Positions 20,135 through 31,400 of a stretch of 64,000 bases of DNA are shown here, piece after piece (within the stretch, counting starts at the first letter, position 1; the number at the start of each line of letters is the position of its first letter). Both the position numbers and the translations under genes were made by a program. The notes under the pieces are model-generated. The model ran no database searches. It was not told where the DNA came from and worked only from the letters and a program-made list of their open reading frames with translations. This DNA is from an uncultured bacterium (GTDB taxonomy: Bacteria; SAR324; NAC60-12), in the NCBI GenBank assembly GCA_964010765.1, contig CAXGMD010000003.1:1-64000 (forward strand), read 5' to 3'.

Positions 20135-22129
20135 ATGTCCGATCTCGGCACGATCGCCTTGATGATTGCTCTTGCTGCTTGTCTATACGGCACAGTTGTA
20201 CCCCATCTGGGTGTTAGAACAAACAACTGGAACCTGATTCGTTCTGCACAAAATGCGAGCATCATCAGCTTCTTTCTGATTGCCATCGCCTCTGGAGTGC
20301 TCATCCACGCTCTTGTAATAAGCGACTTCAGCATCTTCTATGTCTGGCGCAACTCCAGCGTTGACATGCCCATGTTTTTCAAAGTGACGGCATTCTGGGG
20401 AGGTCTGGAAGGTTCGCTGCTATTTTGGATTTTGGTTCAGAGCTTCTTCGCAATGGTCGTTGCCTTTCGCTACCAGTATAGCAATCGAGAAATCATTCCC
20501 TATGTAATCGCCACTCTGAATGGAATCCTCTGTTTTCTACTAGTTTTACTTCTCGGATGGTCCAACCCTTTAGATCTGCAAGCAACCATTCCTGCAGAAG
20601 GACGAGGACTGAATCCTTTGCTACAGCACATTGCCATGGTGGTTCATCCACCTTCGTTGTATCTGGGCTTCATCGGTTTTAGTGTTCCCTTTGCGTTCGC
20701 GATTGCCGGGATGATTCGAGGCAAATTAGACAATGAGTGGGTACTGACCACTCGCCGCTGGACTCTGGTCTCTTGGTATTTCCTCTCAATGGGGTTGATC
20801 CTCGGTGGGCAGTGGGCGTATGAAGAATTAGGGTGGGGTGGTTTCTGGGCTTGGGATCCTGTTGAAAACGCTGCCTTCATGCCTTGGTTGACAGGTACCG
20901 CTTTCCTACACTCTGTGATGATCCAGGAAAAGCGCAACATGCTCAAAATCTGGAATGTTGTGTTGATCATCATCACATATGGGCTGACCATCATCGGAAC
21001 ATTTCTAACCCGCTCAGGAGTAGTTAACTCGGTTCATTCCTTCACTCAATCTGAAATTGGCCCCGCCTTTCTGGTCTTCCTCGCTGTTGTTTTGGTTGTT
21101 GGTTTTGCGCTGCTCTTTCGGCGCATTCAAATGCTGGAATCCGAACACAAGATGGAAGCCGTACTCTGCCGTGAAAATGCCTTTCTTGTTCAGAACGTAA
21201 TCTTTGTAGGCATGGCATTCACTGTTTTGCTAGGAACCACATTCCCACTACTAGCAGAAGCAATTCGTGGCACAAAATTGTCCATTCAAGCACCGTTTTT
21301 CAACACGATCATGGCACCGATGGGCTATGTTCTATTTTTCTTAATGGGTACTGGGACCGTGCTTGCCTGGAGGAAATCAAGTAAAGAAAGCCTGCGCAGA
21401 AACTTTCAGAACCCAATGATTACAGCAACTGTTGGAACTATCATCCTGGCTGTTTTCATACCCTTTCATTTGGAAGCGTTTACAATTTTTTGGATCGCTA
21501 TCTTTGTCACGGTCACCATCCTGATTGAAGTTGGTAAGGCGGCCCATGTGAAAGGCAAACAGTTACAGGCTGGACCTCTAGTAGGAATGATTCACGTTTT
21601 TCAGCGCAACCAACGTCGGTACGGTGGATTAGTGATTCACTTGGGAGTGGTACTGATGTTCCTTGGCTTTGCTGGCACTTTCTTCAGCGAGGAGCGCGAT
21701 CTAACACTGGAACGCGAAGAAATGGTGCCACTCAACGCCTACTATCTAAAGTTCACTGGTGTTGAACAATTTCAGGTACGCAACGCAACACACCGAGCTG
21801 CGGTCATTGAAGTTTATGATCAGGACAAACAGTTGCTGGAAGTGATGAAGCCTGCCAAAAGCTTCTATCCAACCCAACCACAACCCCTGACTGAAATTGC
21901 ACTACGCAGAGAATTCCTGAAAGACCTCTACCTGATATTTTCCAGCGAATCTGGTGCTGACAGCGAATTAGTGACAATCAAGACCTATGTCAATCCACTC
22001 GTTGGTTGGGCCTGGATGGCTCTTCCCGTATTCACTCTGGGTATCGGTATCTGTTTAACTTATCGACCACGCAGTTTGACCTCGCGCCAGAAAGTATTGC
22101 GTCAACAGTATATTGCTGCTGAAGGCTGA
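20135..22129 (+). CDS. ccmF: Cytochrome c heme lyase CcmF
   Basis: WGGFWAWDPVEN, HPP.LY.G, TAFLHS, FLTRSGVVNSVHSF, IHLG. Confidence 0.96.
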   Translation: MSDLGTIALMIALAACLYGTVVPHLGVRTNNWNLIRSAQNASIISFFLIAIASGVLIHALVISDFSIFYVWRNSSVDMPMFFKVTAFWGGLEGSLLFWILVQSFFAMVVAFRYQYSNREIIPYVIATLNGILCFLLVLLLGWSNPLDLQATIPAEGRGLNPLLQHIAMVVHPPSLYLGFIGFSVPFAFAIAGMIRGKLDNEWVLTTRRWTLVSWYFLSMGLILGGQWAYEELGWGGFWAWDPVENAAFMPWLTGTAFLHSVMIQEKRNMLKIWNVVLIIITYGLTIIGTFLTRSGVVNSVHSFTQSEIGPAFLVFLAVVLVVGFALLFRRIQMLESEHKMEAVLCRENAFLVQNVIFVGMAFTVLLGTTFPLLAEAIRGTKLSIQAPFFNTIMAPMGYVLFFLMGTGTVLAWRKSSKESLRRNFQNPMITATVGTIILAVFIPFHLEAFTIFWIAIFVTVTILIEVGKAAHVKGKQLQAGPLVGMIHVFQRNQRRYGGLVIHLGVVLMFLGFAGTFFSEERDLTLEREEMVPLNAYYLKFTGVEQFQVRNATHRAAVIEVYDQDKQLLEVMKPAKSFYPTQPQPLTEIALRREFLKDLYLIFSSESGADSELVTIKTYVNPLVGWAWMALPVFTLGIGICLTYRPRSLTSRQKVLRQQYIAAEG

Positions 22130-22131
22130 GT

Positions 22132-22674
22132 ATGTGGAAGTCATGGAAATTCTGGACAGTTTGGGCCACCTTGGGTGGATTGATTGGTCTGTTCGCTTTT
22201 GGTTTCACCACAGACCCCAAGAAAGTTCCTTCTCCACTGATTGGTCACGAAGCTCCAAATTTTCAACTCGTCAATCTCTGGAACGGGGAATCTGTTGAAC
22301 TAAGCGCTCTACGCGGTAAGCCTGTAGTTTTGAACTTCTGGGCTTCCTGGTGCGTTGAATGCCAACAAGAAGCTCACATTCTGGAAGCTTTTCACAAGCG
22401 TTACGGTGAAACAGTTTCTCCCCAGGTTCACGTAATTGGTGTAGCCATTCAGGATAAATCTGAGCAAGCACAGGCTTTTGCACGACAGTTTAATAAGACA
22501 TACTTCCTTGGCCTCGATAACACCAATGGTGACATCGCTTTGGAGTATGGTATCTATGGGGTGCCAGAAACGTTTTTTATCGATCCTCAAGGAAAGATTC
22601 GTTTCAAGCAAATTGGGGGGGTCAGCGCAGAATTGATGCAGGAACAAGTCGACGAAATGCTTGGTCAAGGGTAG
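22132..22674 (+). CDS. ccmG: Membrane-anchored thiol:disulfide oxidoreductase CcmG/DsbE
   Basis: NFWASWCVEC, YGVPETFFID; PSPLIG; adjacent to ccmF. Confidence 0.88.
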   Translation: MWKSWKFWTVWATLGGLIGLFAFGFTTDPKKVPSPLIGHEAPNFQLVNLWNGESVELSALRGKPVVLNFWASWCVECQQEAHILEAFHKRYGETVSPQVHVIGVAIQDKSEQAQAFARQFNKTYFLGLDNTNGDIALEYGIYGVPETFFIDPQGKIRFKQIGGVSAELMQEQVDEMLGQG

Positions 22675-22719
22675 TCTTAATCAGATTAGAAAACTTAGTT
22701 TTTTGAGACAGGAGGCCTC

Positions 22720-23268
22720 ATGAAGTTCATTATTACTTTTCTGCTAAGTTTCGCTGTTGGCTGGAGTGGTCTGCAGGCTGACCAACGTAATCCAGAATTG
22801 CCTGATCTTTTTAGTCAGCTAGCGCAGGCGGAAACCTCCTATACGGCAAGTCCGATTGTTCAAAACATTTGGACGATCTGGTTAAAGCATCCGGACTCAC
22901 AGCTTACACAAGCCATGAAAGCAGCTTCCGAGATCATGCAAAACGGTGATTTGAAGCAAGCTGAGTTATTATTTACGCAATTGATCGAAAAAGCTCCTGG
23001 CTGGGCAGAGGCCTGGAACAAGCGAGCCACCGTTCGCTACTATAGAGACAACCTGATCGGCTCGATTGCTGACATCAAGGAAACTCTTGTCTTGGAACCT
23101 CGCCATTTTGGCGCACTCTCTGGTCTAGGAATGATTCAAATGCGTCTTCAGGATTATTCAGAGGCCTTATCAACCTATGAGTCTCTGCAAAAAATCCATC
23201 CAAACTCACAGGATGTTGGCAGAATACTTCCAGCACTACGTCAGCAGATTTCTCAACAGTACCTCTAA
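22720..23268 (+). CDS. Exported tetratricopeptide-repeat protein
   Basis: AEAWNKRAT, LEPRHFGALSGLG; signal peptide; GGAGG SD. Confidence 0.85.
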   Translation: MKFIITFLLSFAVGWSGLQADQRNPELPDLFSQLAQAETSYTASPIVQNIWTIWLKHPDSQLTQAMKAASEIMQNGDLKQAELLFTQLIEKAPGWAEAWNKRATVRYYRDNLIGSIADIKETLVLEPRHFGALSGLGMIQMRLQDYSEALSTYESLQKIHPNSQDVGRILPALRQQISQQYL

Positions 23269-23292
23269 ACCTTCCTCTTCAAACTACCATCC

Positions 23293-23550
23293 ATGAAATT
23301 CCAGCAAGTCCAGGAACTCTGGGAAATCAATCCAAATCAGTTCCTTGGATTGTTCAGTCCACCGGGTCAGAAGGAGCATCAATTATTTGCTGCACTCTGT
23401 GGAGCAGCAGTAAGGGGAAAAACTGATCTTGTTCAGATTAGTTCACAGGAACTTGAGAGAGAATCTGGATTAAAGAGTGATGAACTCAGCGCAATGCTTA
23501 TACAACTGGAAGAAAAGGGAGTAGCTCGTAGAATCAAGGAATCCAAATGA
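23293..23550 (+). CDS. Small hypothetical protein, possible winged-helix C-terminus
   Basis: ISSQELERESGL...LIQLEEKGVARR; ATGA overlap with the next gene. Confidence 0.6.
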   Translation: MKFQQVQELWEINPNQFLGLFSPPGQKEHQLFAALCGAAVRGKTDLVQISSQELERESGLKSDELSAMLIQLEEKGVARRIKESK

Positions 23551-24074
23551 CTCTATCTACGCTAGGTGAGAGCTATCCACAATTACATGCCAGCGCTTAT
23601 GTTGCAGAGAGCGCACAGATCATTGGCAATGTTCGGCTAGCGGCCAAGAGCTCTGTTTGGTTTCAAAGTGTGCTGAGGGGAGATTCGGATCTAATCATAA
23701 TTGGTGAAGAAACAAACGTACAAGATGCGACCATCTGTCACGTTGATCCAGGCTTTCCTTTAGAGATTGGTACTCGAGTCACAGTCGGTCATCGCTGCAT
23801 TTTGCATGGCTGCACGATTGGAGATGACTGCCTGATCGGGATGGGAGCTATTCTGATGAACGGTGTGCGAATCGGAGAGGGAAGTATCGTTGGAGCAGGA
23901 AGTTTATTGCTGGAAGGAACCGAAATTCCTCCTTTTTCGCTGGTAGCCGGTTCACCGGCCAAAGTGAAGAAAACTTATGGGCCCGAGGTTCTTGAACAGA
24001 TTCGTCAGGCAAGTGCCCATTATGTCAGTAGAGCAGAACACTACCGCAGCAACTGGCGGAAACTCGAATCCTAG
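23547..24074 (+). CDS. Gamma-carbonic-anhydrase family protein (YrdA/CaiE-like)
   Basis: LRGD, TNVQD...CH, TVGH..ILHGC hexapeptide repeats. Confidence 0.92.
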   Translation: MTLSTLGESYPQLHASAYVAESAQIIGNVRLAAKSSVWFQSVLRGDSDLIIIGEETNVQDATICHVDPGFPLEIGTRVTVGHRCILHGCTIGDDCLIGMGAILMNGVRIGEGSIVGAGSLLLEGTEIPPFSLVAGSPAKVKKTYGPEVLEQIRQASAHYVSRAEHYRSNWRKLES

Positions 24075-24472
24075 GCGCTTTGTGCAAGAGCGTCGTAGTT
24101 CATGGGGGAGGCGTTGTATCGGTGAATTTCCGCAAACACCTGGCGCAATTCCTGTGGACTCAGGTCTGAAAGAACCTTGTGATTGCTCCCTAGCAGACGG
24201 TTCAGAAAAAGCATCTGTTGCTCTTCAGATCGATAACCAAAAATCTTCAGTTGTTGTCGCAAAACATCGAAGACTCGTTGACTAATCTGAGGTTGGCTTT
24301 CTTCCTCGACTACTTGAAAATTTTCCTTGGACAGAGAACGCAACTCTTGGCGCAGTTCTACTTCTTCAGAAAGCTTTGAAAATCTTTTGCGCTCTCGGAG
24401 GACTTCCACCACAACGATCAATCCTGTGATCATCAGGGAAATCAAACAAAAACCGAGTAGTATGGTCTCCAT
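24071..24472 (-). CDS. Hypothetical single-TM protein
   Basis: N-terminal hydrophobic helix, then coiled coil; GGAG SD 7 nt before ATG 24472. Confidence 0.7.
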   Translation of the reverse strand: METILLGFCLISLMITGLIVVVEVLRERKRFSKLSEEVELRQELRSLSKENFQVVEEESQPQISQRVFDVLRQQLKIFGYRSEEQQMLFLNRLLGSNHKVLSDLSPQELRQVFAEIHRYNASPMNYDALAQSA

Positions 24473-24632
24473 GAACAAACTCCGTTGGCATGCGGAAAAA
24501 AAATTGCTAAGGCATCCGGCCTAAGGCATTGACGCACACAAGATCCACAAAAGCACAAAGCAGACCAACCCTTCCTGTCTATATTTCTCATCAAAACAAC
24601 CCAACAAACACTCTTTGTAGCGCAAGCAACTC

Positions 24633-26057
24633 TTGAAGAACAGCACCATTTACGCTTCTCCAGCACCACCTCAACTTGATCCCCGACCTCATGCGGACCT
24701 GCGGGCACAGACCCGCCAATTGGCTGGTGAACACCTGCGAAACGTGGAGCTCGCACCGGCAATTCGTCGCAGTCAGGAATTACAAAATTCTCTACTCACT
24801 GAATATGCGGGTGACTCACCAGAAAATATCGAACTTCTGAAAAAATGTCTTCAAGAAGTCAGCATCATGGGAATCAATTTTGTGATTCCCAAACGGCGTG
24901 TGCTCCTCAGTGTTCATGAGATTTTGCGTCTATCAAACCTTGGGTTTCGCTTTGGCAAACTGGACCCAGACTTTGAGATTCACTTACAGCAAGGTCGTCG
25001 TATTCCTTTTTTTCAGGGAGAACCACTTCCCAAGCAAAACTGGGAACAAAAATTTGCCTGTGTACTCAAACACAAAATTTGCCTGGAACTTCTACAAGAA
25101 TATCGTTCCGCTTTGGAAACTATTAATCAGCAACGTCAACAAACTCTTGAAAGCAAGAATAAGAATTCAAGCCTGAACAAGGAACTACGGCAGCACGCAG
25201 AAGAGAACATGTTCGAGTTTAAGGTTCCAACCAAGTTCGATTTACTCGATCCCCCACTAATTCCAATGGAGGAAAGCCTATTTGCTCATGATCAGCAAGT
25301 AATGGAAGCAACCCTGTCGGATGTTGCCAAGAAAGTACTGGAGATGCAAAACCAGGGAGAGCTTCCTTCTTTATTTCAGGAAACCACACTTCCCGAGATT
25401 CAGAGTGTACCGCACCATGTGATGATTCTGTTGGACATGAGTGCTTCGACCTTCGAGAAAGAAATCTTTAAGCTCTCCAATCTGGTTTGTGCAGAGTTAT
25501 TGAGAACTTTGCCGACCTATTTGCCTGACGCTACGTTGAGTATTTTACCCTATAGCGACGGTGCTCAGGGGATAATGAATAATTTTCAGAATTTCATTGC
25601 ACCAGGCGGCACAACTGCCTACGATGCCATCTTTTCATTTTCTCAGCAGTTGCTTGGGAAAACAGAAGGGCATCGAGTGGTGATTCATCTCTCTGATGGA
25701 TTACCCAACAGCTTGGAAGACGCTTGCCAACAGGCCAAACAATTTCCGACGCTCAATATTCACTATGGACAAATCATTTTTGGCCATACTAAAAGAGTTG
25801 GTGACTTAGCAGATTATCTGTTTGTAGATGAAGCTACTACTTCCGGACAAGATCGAGATTCCACCCGTTTTGAAAAATATGTGTCTCACTTCACTGATGT
25901 TGCCTTGGCTTCACAAGGGGAACAAATCATACTCTGGGTCATGCAACATCTTGATGAAGCGGTGATCGCCATGCTGGATCTATTTATCGGGCAATATTTC
26001 CTGCAGCAAGCTTCACCTGAGACTACTCATTCTGAAGACACACCCACGTCCCTCTAG
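24633..26057 (+). CDS. vWA (MIDAS) domain protein; start uncertain
   Basis: ILLDMSAS (DxSxS), GGTT, IHLSDGLPN. Confidence 0.75.
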   Translation: MKNSTIYASPAPPQLDPRPHADLRAQTRQLAGEHLRNVELAPAIRRSQELQNSLLTEYAGDSPENIELLKKCLQEVSIMGINFVIPKRRVLLSVHEILRLSNLGFRFGKLDPDFEIHLQQGRRIPFFQGEPLPKQNWEQKFACVLKHKICLELLQEYRSALETINQQRQQTLESKNKNSSLNKELRQHAEENMFEFKVPTKFDLLDPPLIPMEESLFAHDQQVMEATLSDVAKKVLEMQNQGELPSLFQETTLPEIQSVPHHVMILLDMSASTFEKEIFKLSNLVCAELLRTLPTYLPDATLSILPYSDGAQGIMNNFQNFIAPGGTTAYDAIFSFSQQLLGKTEGHRVVIHLSDGLPNSLEDACQQAKQFPTLNIHYGQIIFGHTKRVGDLADYLFVDEATTSGQDRDSTRFEKYVSHFTDVALASQGEQIILWVMQHLDEAVIAMLDLFIGQYFLQQASPETTHSEDTPTSL

Positions 26058-26081
26058 ACCCCTTACTATTCGTTACCTGTT

Positions 26082-28415
26082 ATGCGAACACCGGTTGCTG
26101 CTCTCCCGGACGCAGTGTGTGAAGAGTTGGACTTATTACAACAAGTTCAACAGGGAGCCTTGCGTGATCAAGCTGATGAAGCTGACCCCAATTATTATGA
26201 TGACATTCTCGAGTTGCGTGATTCTCTGAGTGAAGCGCATCCAGAGGATTTACCGGCGCTGACTACCCAAATTGAGCAACTGGTTCTGCTTGCTCAACGT
26301 CAACAAGAGAGGACACCACGGAATCGAAGTTTTCACTGGCACTCCCCATATTTTGCCCACATGCGCTTGCAGGAGCAGGGGAAAACTCGAGACCTACTGC
26401 TTGGCAACCAGAATTTCTTCTCAGGCCATCTCTCCTGCTCCATAGTCGATTGGAAGAAGGCTCCGGTTAGTCAAATTTTCTATCGTTACCAGGAAGAGGA
26501 AGAATATATTGAAGAACTGGGAGGGCGTGAAGTTGAAGGACGGCTTTTACTGAGAAGACTAGTCCGTATCGAAGATGGGGTTCTCCGCAGTGTCAGTTGC
26601 CCACAAGGAACGTGGTTTTTTGAAGACGGTCAGTGGTTTCAGTGGGAACAGACAAGGATTGAGTTGAGTGGTGGAAGTGGTAGTGCTACCCGACCAGTCC
26701 ATGAAGTTGGACCATACCGACTGGATAAGCACCTACCTCAAATCACAGCCCTGATTGATGAACGGCAGTTTGAAATCATTAGTCAGCCAGAAGCTGGAGT
26801 GATTCTTATTCAGGGTGGGGCTGGTTCGGGCAAAACAACAGTGGCTTTACATCGACTCGCCTACCTGATGACGCAAAAGCCAAACTACTTCAACAGCAAT
26901 GGCATCCTACCAATTGTTTTCAATCGGGCCCTTGCCCAGTACATTAGCAAGCTGCTACCTTCACTTGGAGTTGATGGGGTAGAAGCAAGAGTCTTTCAGG
27001 AATGGGTTGCTCAGTTGCGTCAACGTTTTTTCCCAGACCTGCCTTCTCGTTATGCTGAGAATACTCCCGTAAGAGTGATCGAGTTCAAGCGAAGCCCTGT
27101 CATTCTTGCTTGGTGTGCTAAGGAACTAGAGCATCGGCTGGAACGATTTCAGGCTACCCTGATGGAATTGTTTAGCTCATTGACCAACGGGGGTGATGTA
27201 ATCACTGTGTGGAACAGTTCTGCTAACTCTCCAGTGACCGAGCGGTTATCTCGCCTGTTGAAATGGACCCAGGGGCAAGAAGCCTTTACACATCTACCAC
27301 CTATGCCCGATTCCTCGATCCGGCAGCGAATAGACCGCCTGGTGGAAGATTGGTTCCCTGATGTCCTCAAGAATCCTCAAGCATTAGCTCTTCAACTCTG
27401 GAATGACGCACTGATTCAACGTAGAGCCTTGCAGGAAGCAATCACTGATTTTGCTCCAGGTTCGTTCAGTGAAAGTCAACTCGACGAAATTTGGAGTTGG
27501 AACGTACGTTGTTACCAGCGGCGTCAGGTCATCGTCGGAGAACGAGTCGAAGAAGATGGAGAAACACCCGAAGGCTGGCTAGAAAATCAGAGTCTCAGCG
27601 ATGAATTGCCAACCCTAGATGAAGAAGACGACACTCTACTATTGCTGCTTTACCAACTGACTACGGGACCTCTCCGTGGTCGGAAGAATAAATTACTGCA
27701 GTATCGTCATTTACTAGTGGATGAGGTCCAGGATTTCAGTATTCCAGAGCTTCAGTTACTACTCTCCATGACGCCTTCAGAGCGTAGAAGCGTAACGTTG
27801 GCTGGAGATATGGATCAACGTATTTTGGCAGGAAATCGCTATCAGGACTGGGATACCATGTTACAGGCCCTGAGTGTGGAAGTTACCGCAATGGAACCGC
27901 TAACGATTGGCTACCGGTCTACCTACGAAATTATGGAGGTTGCCAGGCATGTCATTGGCCACCTAAGCGTAAATACCGTATGGGAAGCCACAAGACATGG
28001 TGCGCCTGTGGAACGGTTTGGCTTTCAGCATCCAGGAGTACTGATTGCGTTTCTAGTAGACAGTCTCGGCAGTTTACTGAGAAGAGAACCTTCTGCGAGT
28101 GTGGTTGTACTTACCCGTGAGCTACCGGAGGCTAGAAAAATTGCAGAGCAGTTAGAGCGAGCCGAAATACCAGGATTACGATTGGTTGCCGATCAGGATT
28201 TTTCTTTCAGGGCCGGAGTTGAAGTGACTGATATTTCACAAACCAAGGGACTTGAATTTGACTATGTACTCTTAGTCGACGCAGATGCTTCCACTTATGG
28301 CCCAGATGATCTATCTCGGCACTTGCTCTACGTCGGGATCACTCGTGCTGCTCATCAACTGTGGCTGCTTCATTGCGGTAACCCATCTTCTCTCCTTCCA
28401 GACACCCTCCGCTGA
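26082..28415 (+). CDS. UvrD/HelD-like superfamily 1 helicase/ATPase
   Basis: SPYFAH, IVDWKKAP (HelD-like N-terminus), QGGAGSGKTTVALHR, VDEVQD, GDMDQ, YRST, KGLEFD, YVGITRA. Confidence 0.9.
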   Translation: MRTPVAALPDAVCEELDLLQQVQQGALRDQADEADPNYYDDILELRDSLSEAHPEDLPALTTQIEQLVLLAQRQQERTPRNRSFHWHSPYFAHMRLQEQGKTRDLLLGNQNFFSGHLSCSIVDWKKAPVSQIFYRYQEEEEYIEELGGREVEGRLLLRRLVRIEDGVLRSVSCPQGTWFFEDGQWFQWEQTRIELSGGSGSATRPVHEVGPYRLDKHLPQITALIDERQFEIISQPEAGVILIQGGAGSGKTTVALHRLAYLMTQKPNYFNSNGILPIVFNRALAQYISKLLPSLGVDGVEARVFQEWVAQLRQRFFPDLPSRYAENTPVRVIEFKRSPVILAWCAKELEHRLERFQATLMELFSSLTNGGDVITVWNSSANSPVTERLSRLLKWTQGQEAFTHLPPMPDSSIRQRIDRLVEDWFPDVLKNPQALALQLWNDALIQRRALQEAITDFAPGSFSESQLDEIWSWNVRCYQRRQVIVGERVEEDGETPEGWLENQSLSDELPTLDEEDDTLLLLLYQLTTGPLRGRKNKLLQYRHLLVDEVQDFSIPELQLLLSMTPSERRSVTLAGDMDQRILAGNRYQDWDTMLQALSVEVTAMEPLTIGYRSTYEIMEVARHVIGHLSVNTVWEATRHGAPVERFGFQHPGVLIAFLVDSLGSLLRREPSASVVVLTRELPEARKIAEQLERAEIPGLRLVADQDFSFRAGVEVTDISQTKGLEFDYVLLVDADASTYGPDDLSRHLLYVGITRAAHQLWLLHCGNPSSLLPDTLR

Positions 28416-31400
28416 AGTCTGTGATCGCCCTTCCAGCAAGCGAGAAAACAGTGGAATTTCTCGGGGTAATTTGGAGTCAGGTAGTGGTAAGAAGACTTCT
28501 GCGTTGCGCTCCGTGACCTCTCCCTCTAGCAAGCCATTTTTATCATTTATATTGAGTGGAGGAGACGTCGCATAGCTTAGAAGTAGCTTTCCTTCGAGCG
28601 ACTTGAGATTGGGATGATAGATTCGTAGGCGTTCTTGGTACTCACGAGTCTGAATCAAGTAGTAGGCGATACGCGACCAAACTGGCAGAGCTCCACTGGA
28701 ACCTGTCAGGCGGAACCGGTTTGCAGTTGCTTCGGCTTCCCCAGGTCGATCTGAGCCAACATAGACGGCGATTGTGTAACCTCCTTGAGTTTGCATTCCC
28801 TGTCGTGTTGGAACTGGCAGATGACCAACAAAGGTCGCATTTGAATAATTGTTGGCAGTTCCCGTTTTGCCCAGAGCAGGGATTTGTACTGTCACCTGTC
28901 TTCCATCTTCACGCACATACTCTGTTTGTAGAAAGCGTTTTGCTCTTCGACCTGTTCCATACTCAACTACTGAACGCATGATTTCTTGCAAAGCTCGATT
29001 GACACCGGGATCTAGAACGTTACGAGATTGATGATTCGCTGCGTAAATAGTTCTGCCCCCGGTATCCTCAATCCGTTGAATCAATGACCAATGATTTTTG
29101 GGTGATGTGGAATCTCCAAAAACTTGACCCGTGGCCAGTGACTGATAGAGCATTGCAAGATCTTGTAGCGTTACGTCATTCGCACCAAGCGGAAACGAAA
29201 GCACCGGCTGAAGTGAGCTCTCGACACCTAGGAGGGCTGCTACTTCCACCACTGTCTGTAGGGAAAGCAGCATCCTGAAGTCATGATTCCAATAAAGACG
29301 TGCCGTTGAATAGGGCTCCTGGCGCAATAAATCCTGCTGACGTTGTTGCATCAAGTCTTCAAGTCCCTGAAAAATCGTGGAACGGATCTTTCCGTGTAAC
29401 CAAATATTAGCTGGCGAAAAGAAGCGCTCTCGCTGATTCGAAGTCCAGACCTGATTGTACAAGCGGAAGCGATAGGGAGTTATGGGAACCCAGCCTTTTG
29501 TAAGATCACGAGGGTTCTCTGCGTAAGCTAATCGTGGGGGTATTGGGGTTTTATAAGGATCTGTCCGCAGCGCACTCTCATGAACATAAAAGTTTTGGAT
29601 CCACTCTCCTGCCACCTGATCATCAGTTTTAAAACTACCGTTGAGGAAAGCATCTTCTGTTTGTACCAGTTGCTGTCGCAATCGTTCTTGCACCTCCTGA
29701 AGGCGCAAAAAGTTATGTTCCAATAACTCTCTTTCGCGGCTTACACGCGCAGAACCCGAACGCAAGCGTGAGCGCACCTCAGCACGCCAGTTCCGACCAT
29801 GATAAAGATTGCGTAGCGCCTGCTCTTCTTCAGGTGGTTCAAAGGCAGTGTTGCGTAAAAGTTCCTGCCGAGCCGCCTCCATCAAGTACGGCTGCATTCG
29901 ATACTGAGTGTCAATAATTCCATAAGTATCTCGCAACCGGACAACGTAATCTGCACGGCTCTCATTCTCTTCTCGTGCAAAGCGGGCAAATTCCATTAGT
30001 CGTTCGAACTGCTCTAGGTCCAAGTAATCAAGCAGGTGTTCCAGCAAGTAGATACTGGCTAGATTCTCTGAAAGCGCGCCAGCCCAGACCATCGAACTTT
30101 GATTATCTGGTGGATTATGATCGGGCTTGGGAATGTAGATTTCACCCTGCCATTGATAAACCCGATACTCATTGGACAAGGCCTCCAACGGATTCCAACC
30201 CAACTCCATTGCCACCATGTACAGTAGCAACTTAAAGGTTGATCCAGGTTGACGATAGGCCTGCATGGCCCTGTTGAATCCACGAGGGTCAAATCCACCT
30301 GCAAAAGCCCGAACCGCACCATCTTGCAAAACCATCACACCACCGTCGAGGGTTGGCTGCTGTTCAATGCTTGCCTGCCAAATAGATCCGTCGTTATCAC
30401 GTTGATGCAAGGCCACTAGAATTGAGCCACCAGTTTTCAGGTTCTCAAGCGCTTGCTGAAAATCTTTTTTTCGAAGTTTGTTGGGTGCTTGTGGATTTAT
30501 TCGACGGACGAACTCTTCCAACAATAAACCCCGCACTTCTGCCCGATCAGTTCCCACTTGAACCTTTACGCTCGGGTTATCTCCCAGCAACACCTCTTCA
30601 ATTCGGCCAGTGTAGAAATTTCCTGATTCAGGTTGTAATGAGGATGGCTCTGGATTCGTGACTGGAGCAGCATAGCCATTGCGCTGAAATTCTAAGCGAG
30701 AGAGATGTCGCCGCAACTCAAACTGCGCAAGATATTGAAGATTGGGGTCAAGTGTCGTCTGAATGCGGAGTTCTCCCTTCTCCACACCCTCAGCACCATA
30801 GTCCTGTAAAATGGAGTGAAATGGCTCCTCGTTCATCTGCTGGCGGACCACCTCAATCTGGTGATTGTCTTGATAACGGAAAGACCCTTGTCGAAAAGCT
30901 ACCAAATCCTGGGAAGCATCAAGGAAACGCTCCTCAGAGATGAGTTCCATTTCCAGCATATTCCGTAAGACATAGTCTCGACGCTCCGTTGCTCTCTCAA
31001 CAATACGCTGTATTTCCTCTGGATTCTGGGTTCGGAATGGATTGTAGTTTGCCGGCCCCTTAACCGAACCGGCAATGAAGGCGATCTCAGAAAGATTCAG
31101 GTCTGAGACATTTTTGTTGAAATAGTAACGGGCCGCTATCGCCAATCCCTGTCCTGTTCCATGCACGTGGAAGAGATTGGTATAGAATTCTAGAATATCT
31201 CTTTTGCTGTAGCGAGCTTCCAGCCGCAGAGCATCCAGTGTCTCTAGGGCCTTGTTTGCCCAACGATCCTCTCCGTGTTCTGGCCGGTGTTCAAACAAAA
31301 GTTCTGAAGTCTGCTGGGTGAGAGTACTACCTCCCTGAATAACACGCCCTGCAAGCAAATTAGCCCAAGACGCTCGAAGGATTCCAATAGGATCGACGCC

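Noticed and set aside
29200..30063. PBP insert as an intein or mobile element
   Set aside because: No evident C/S...HN splice junctions or endonuclease motifs
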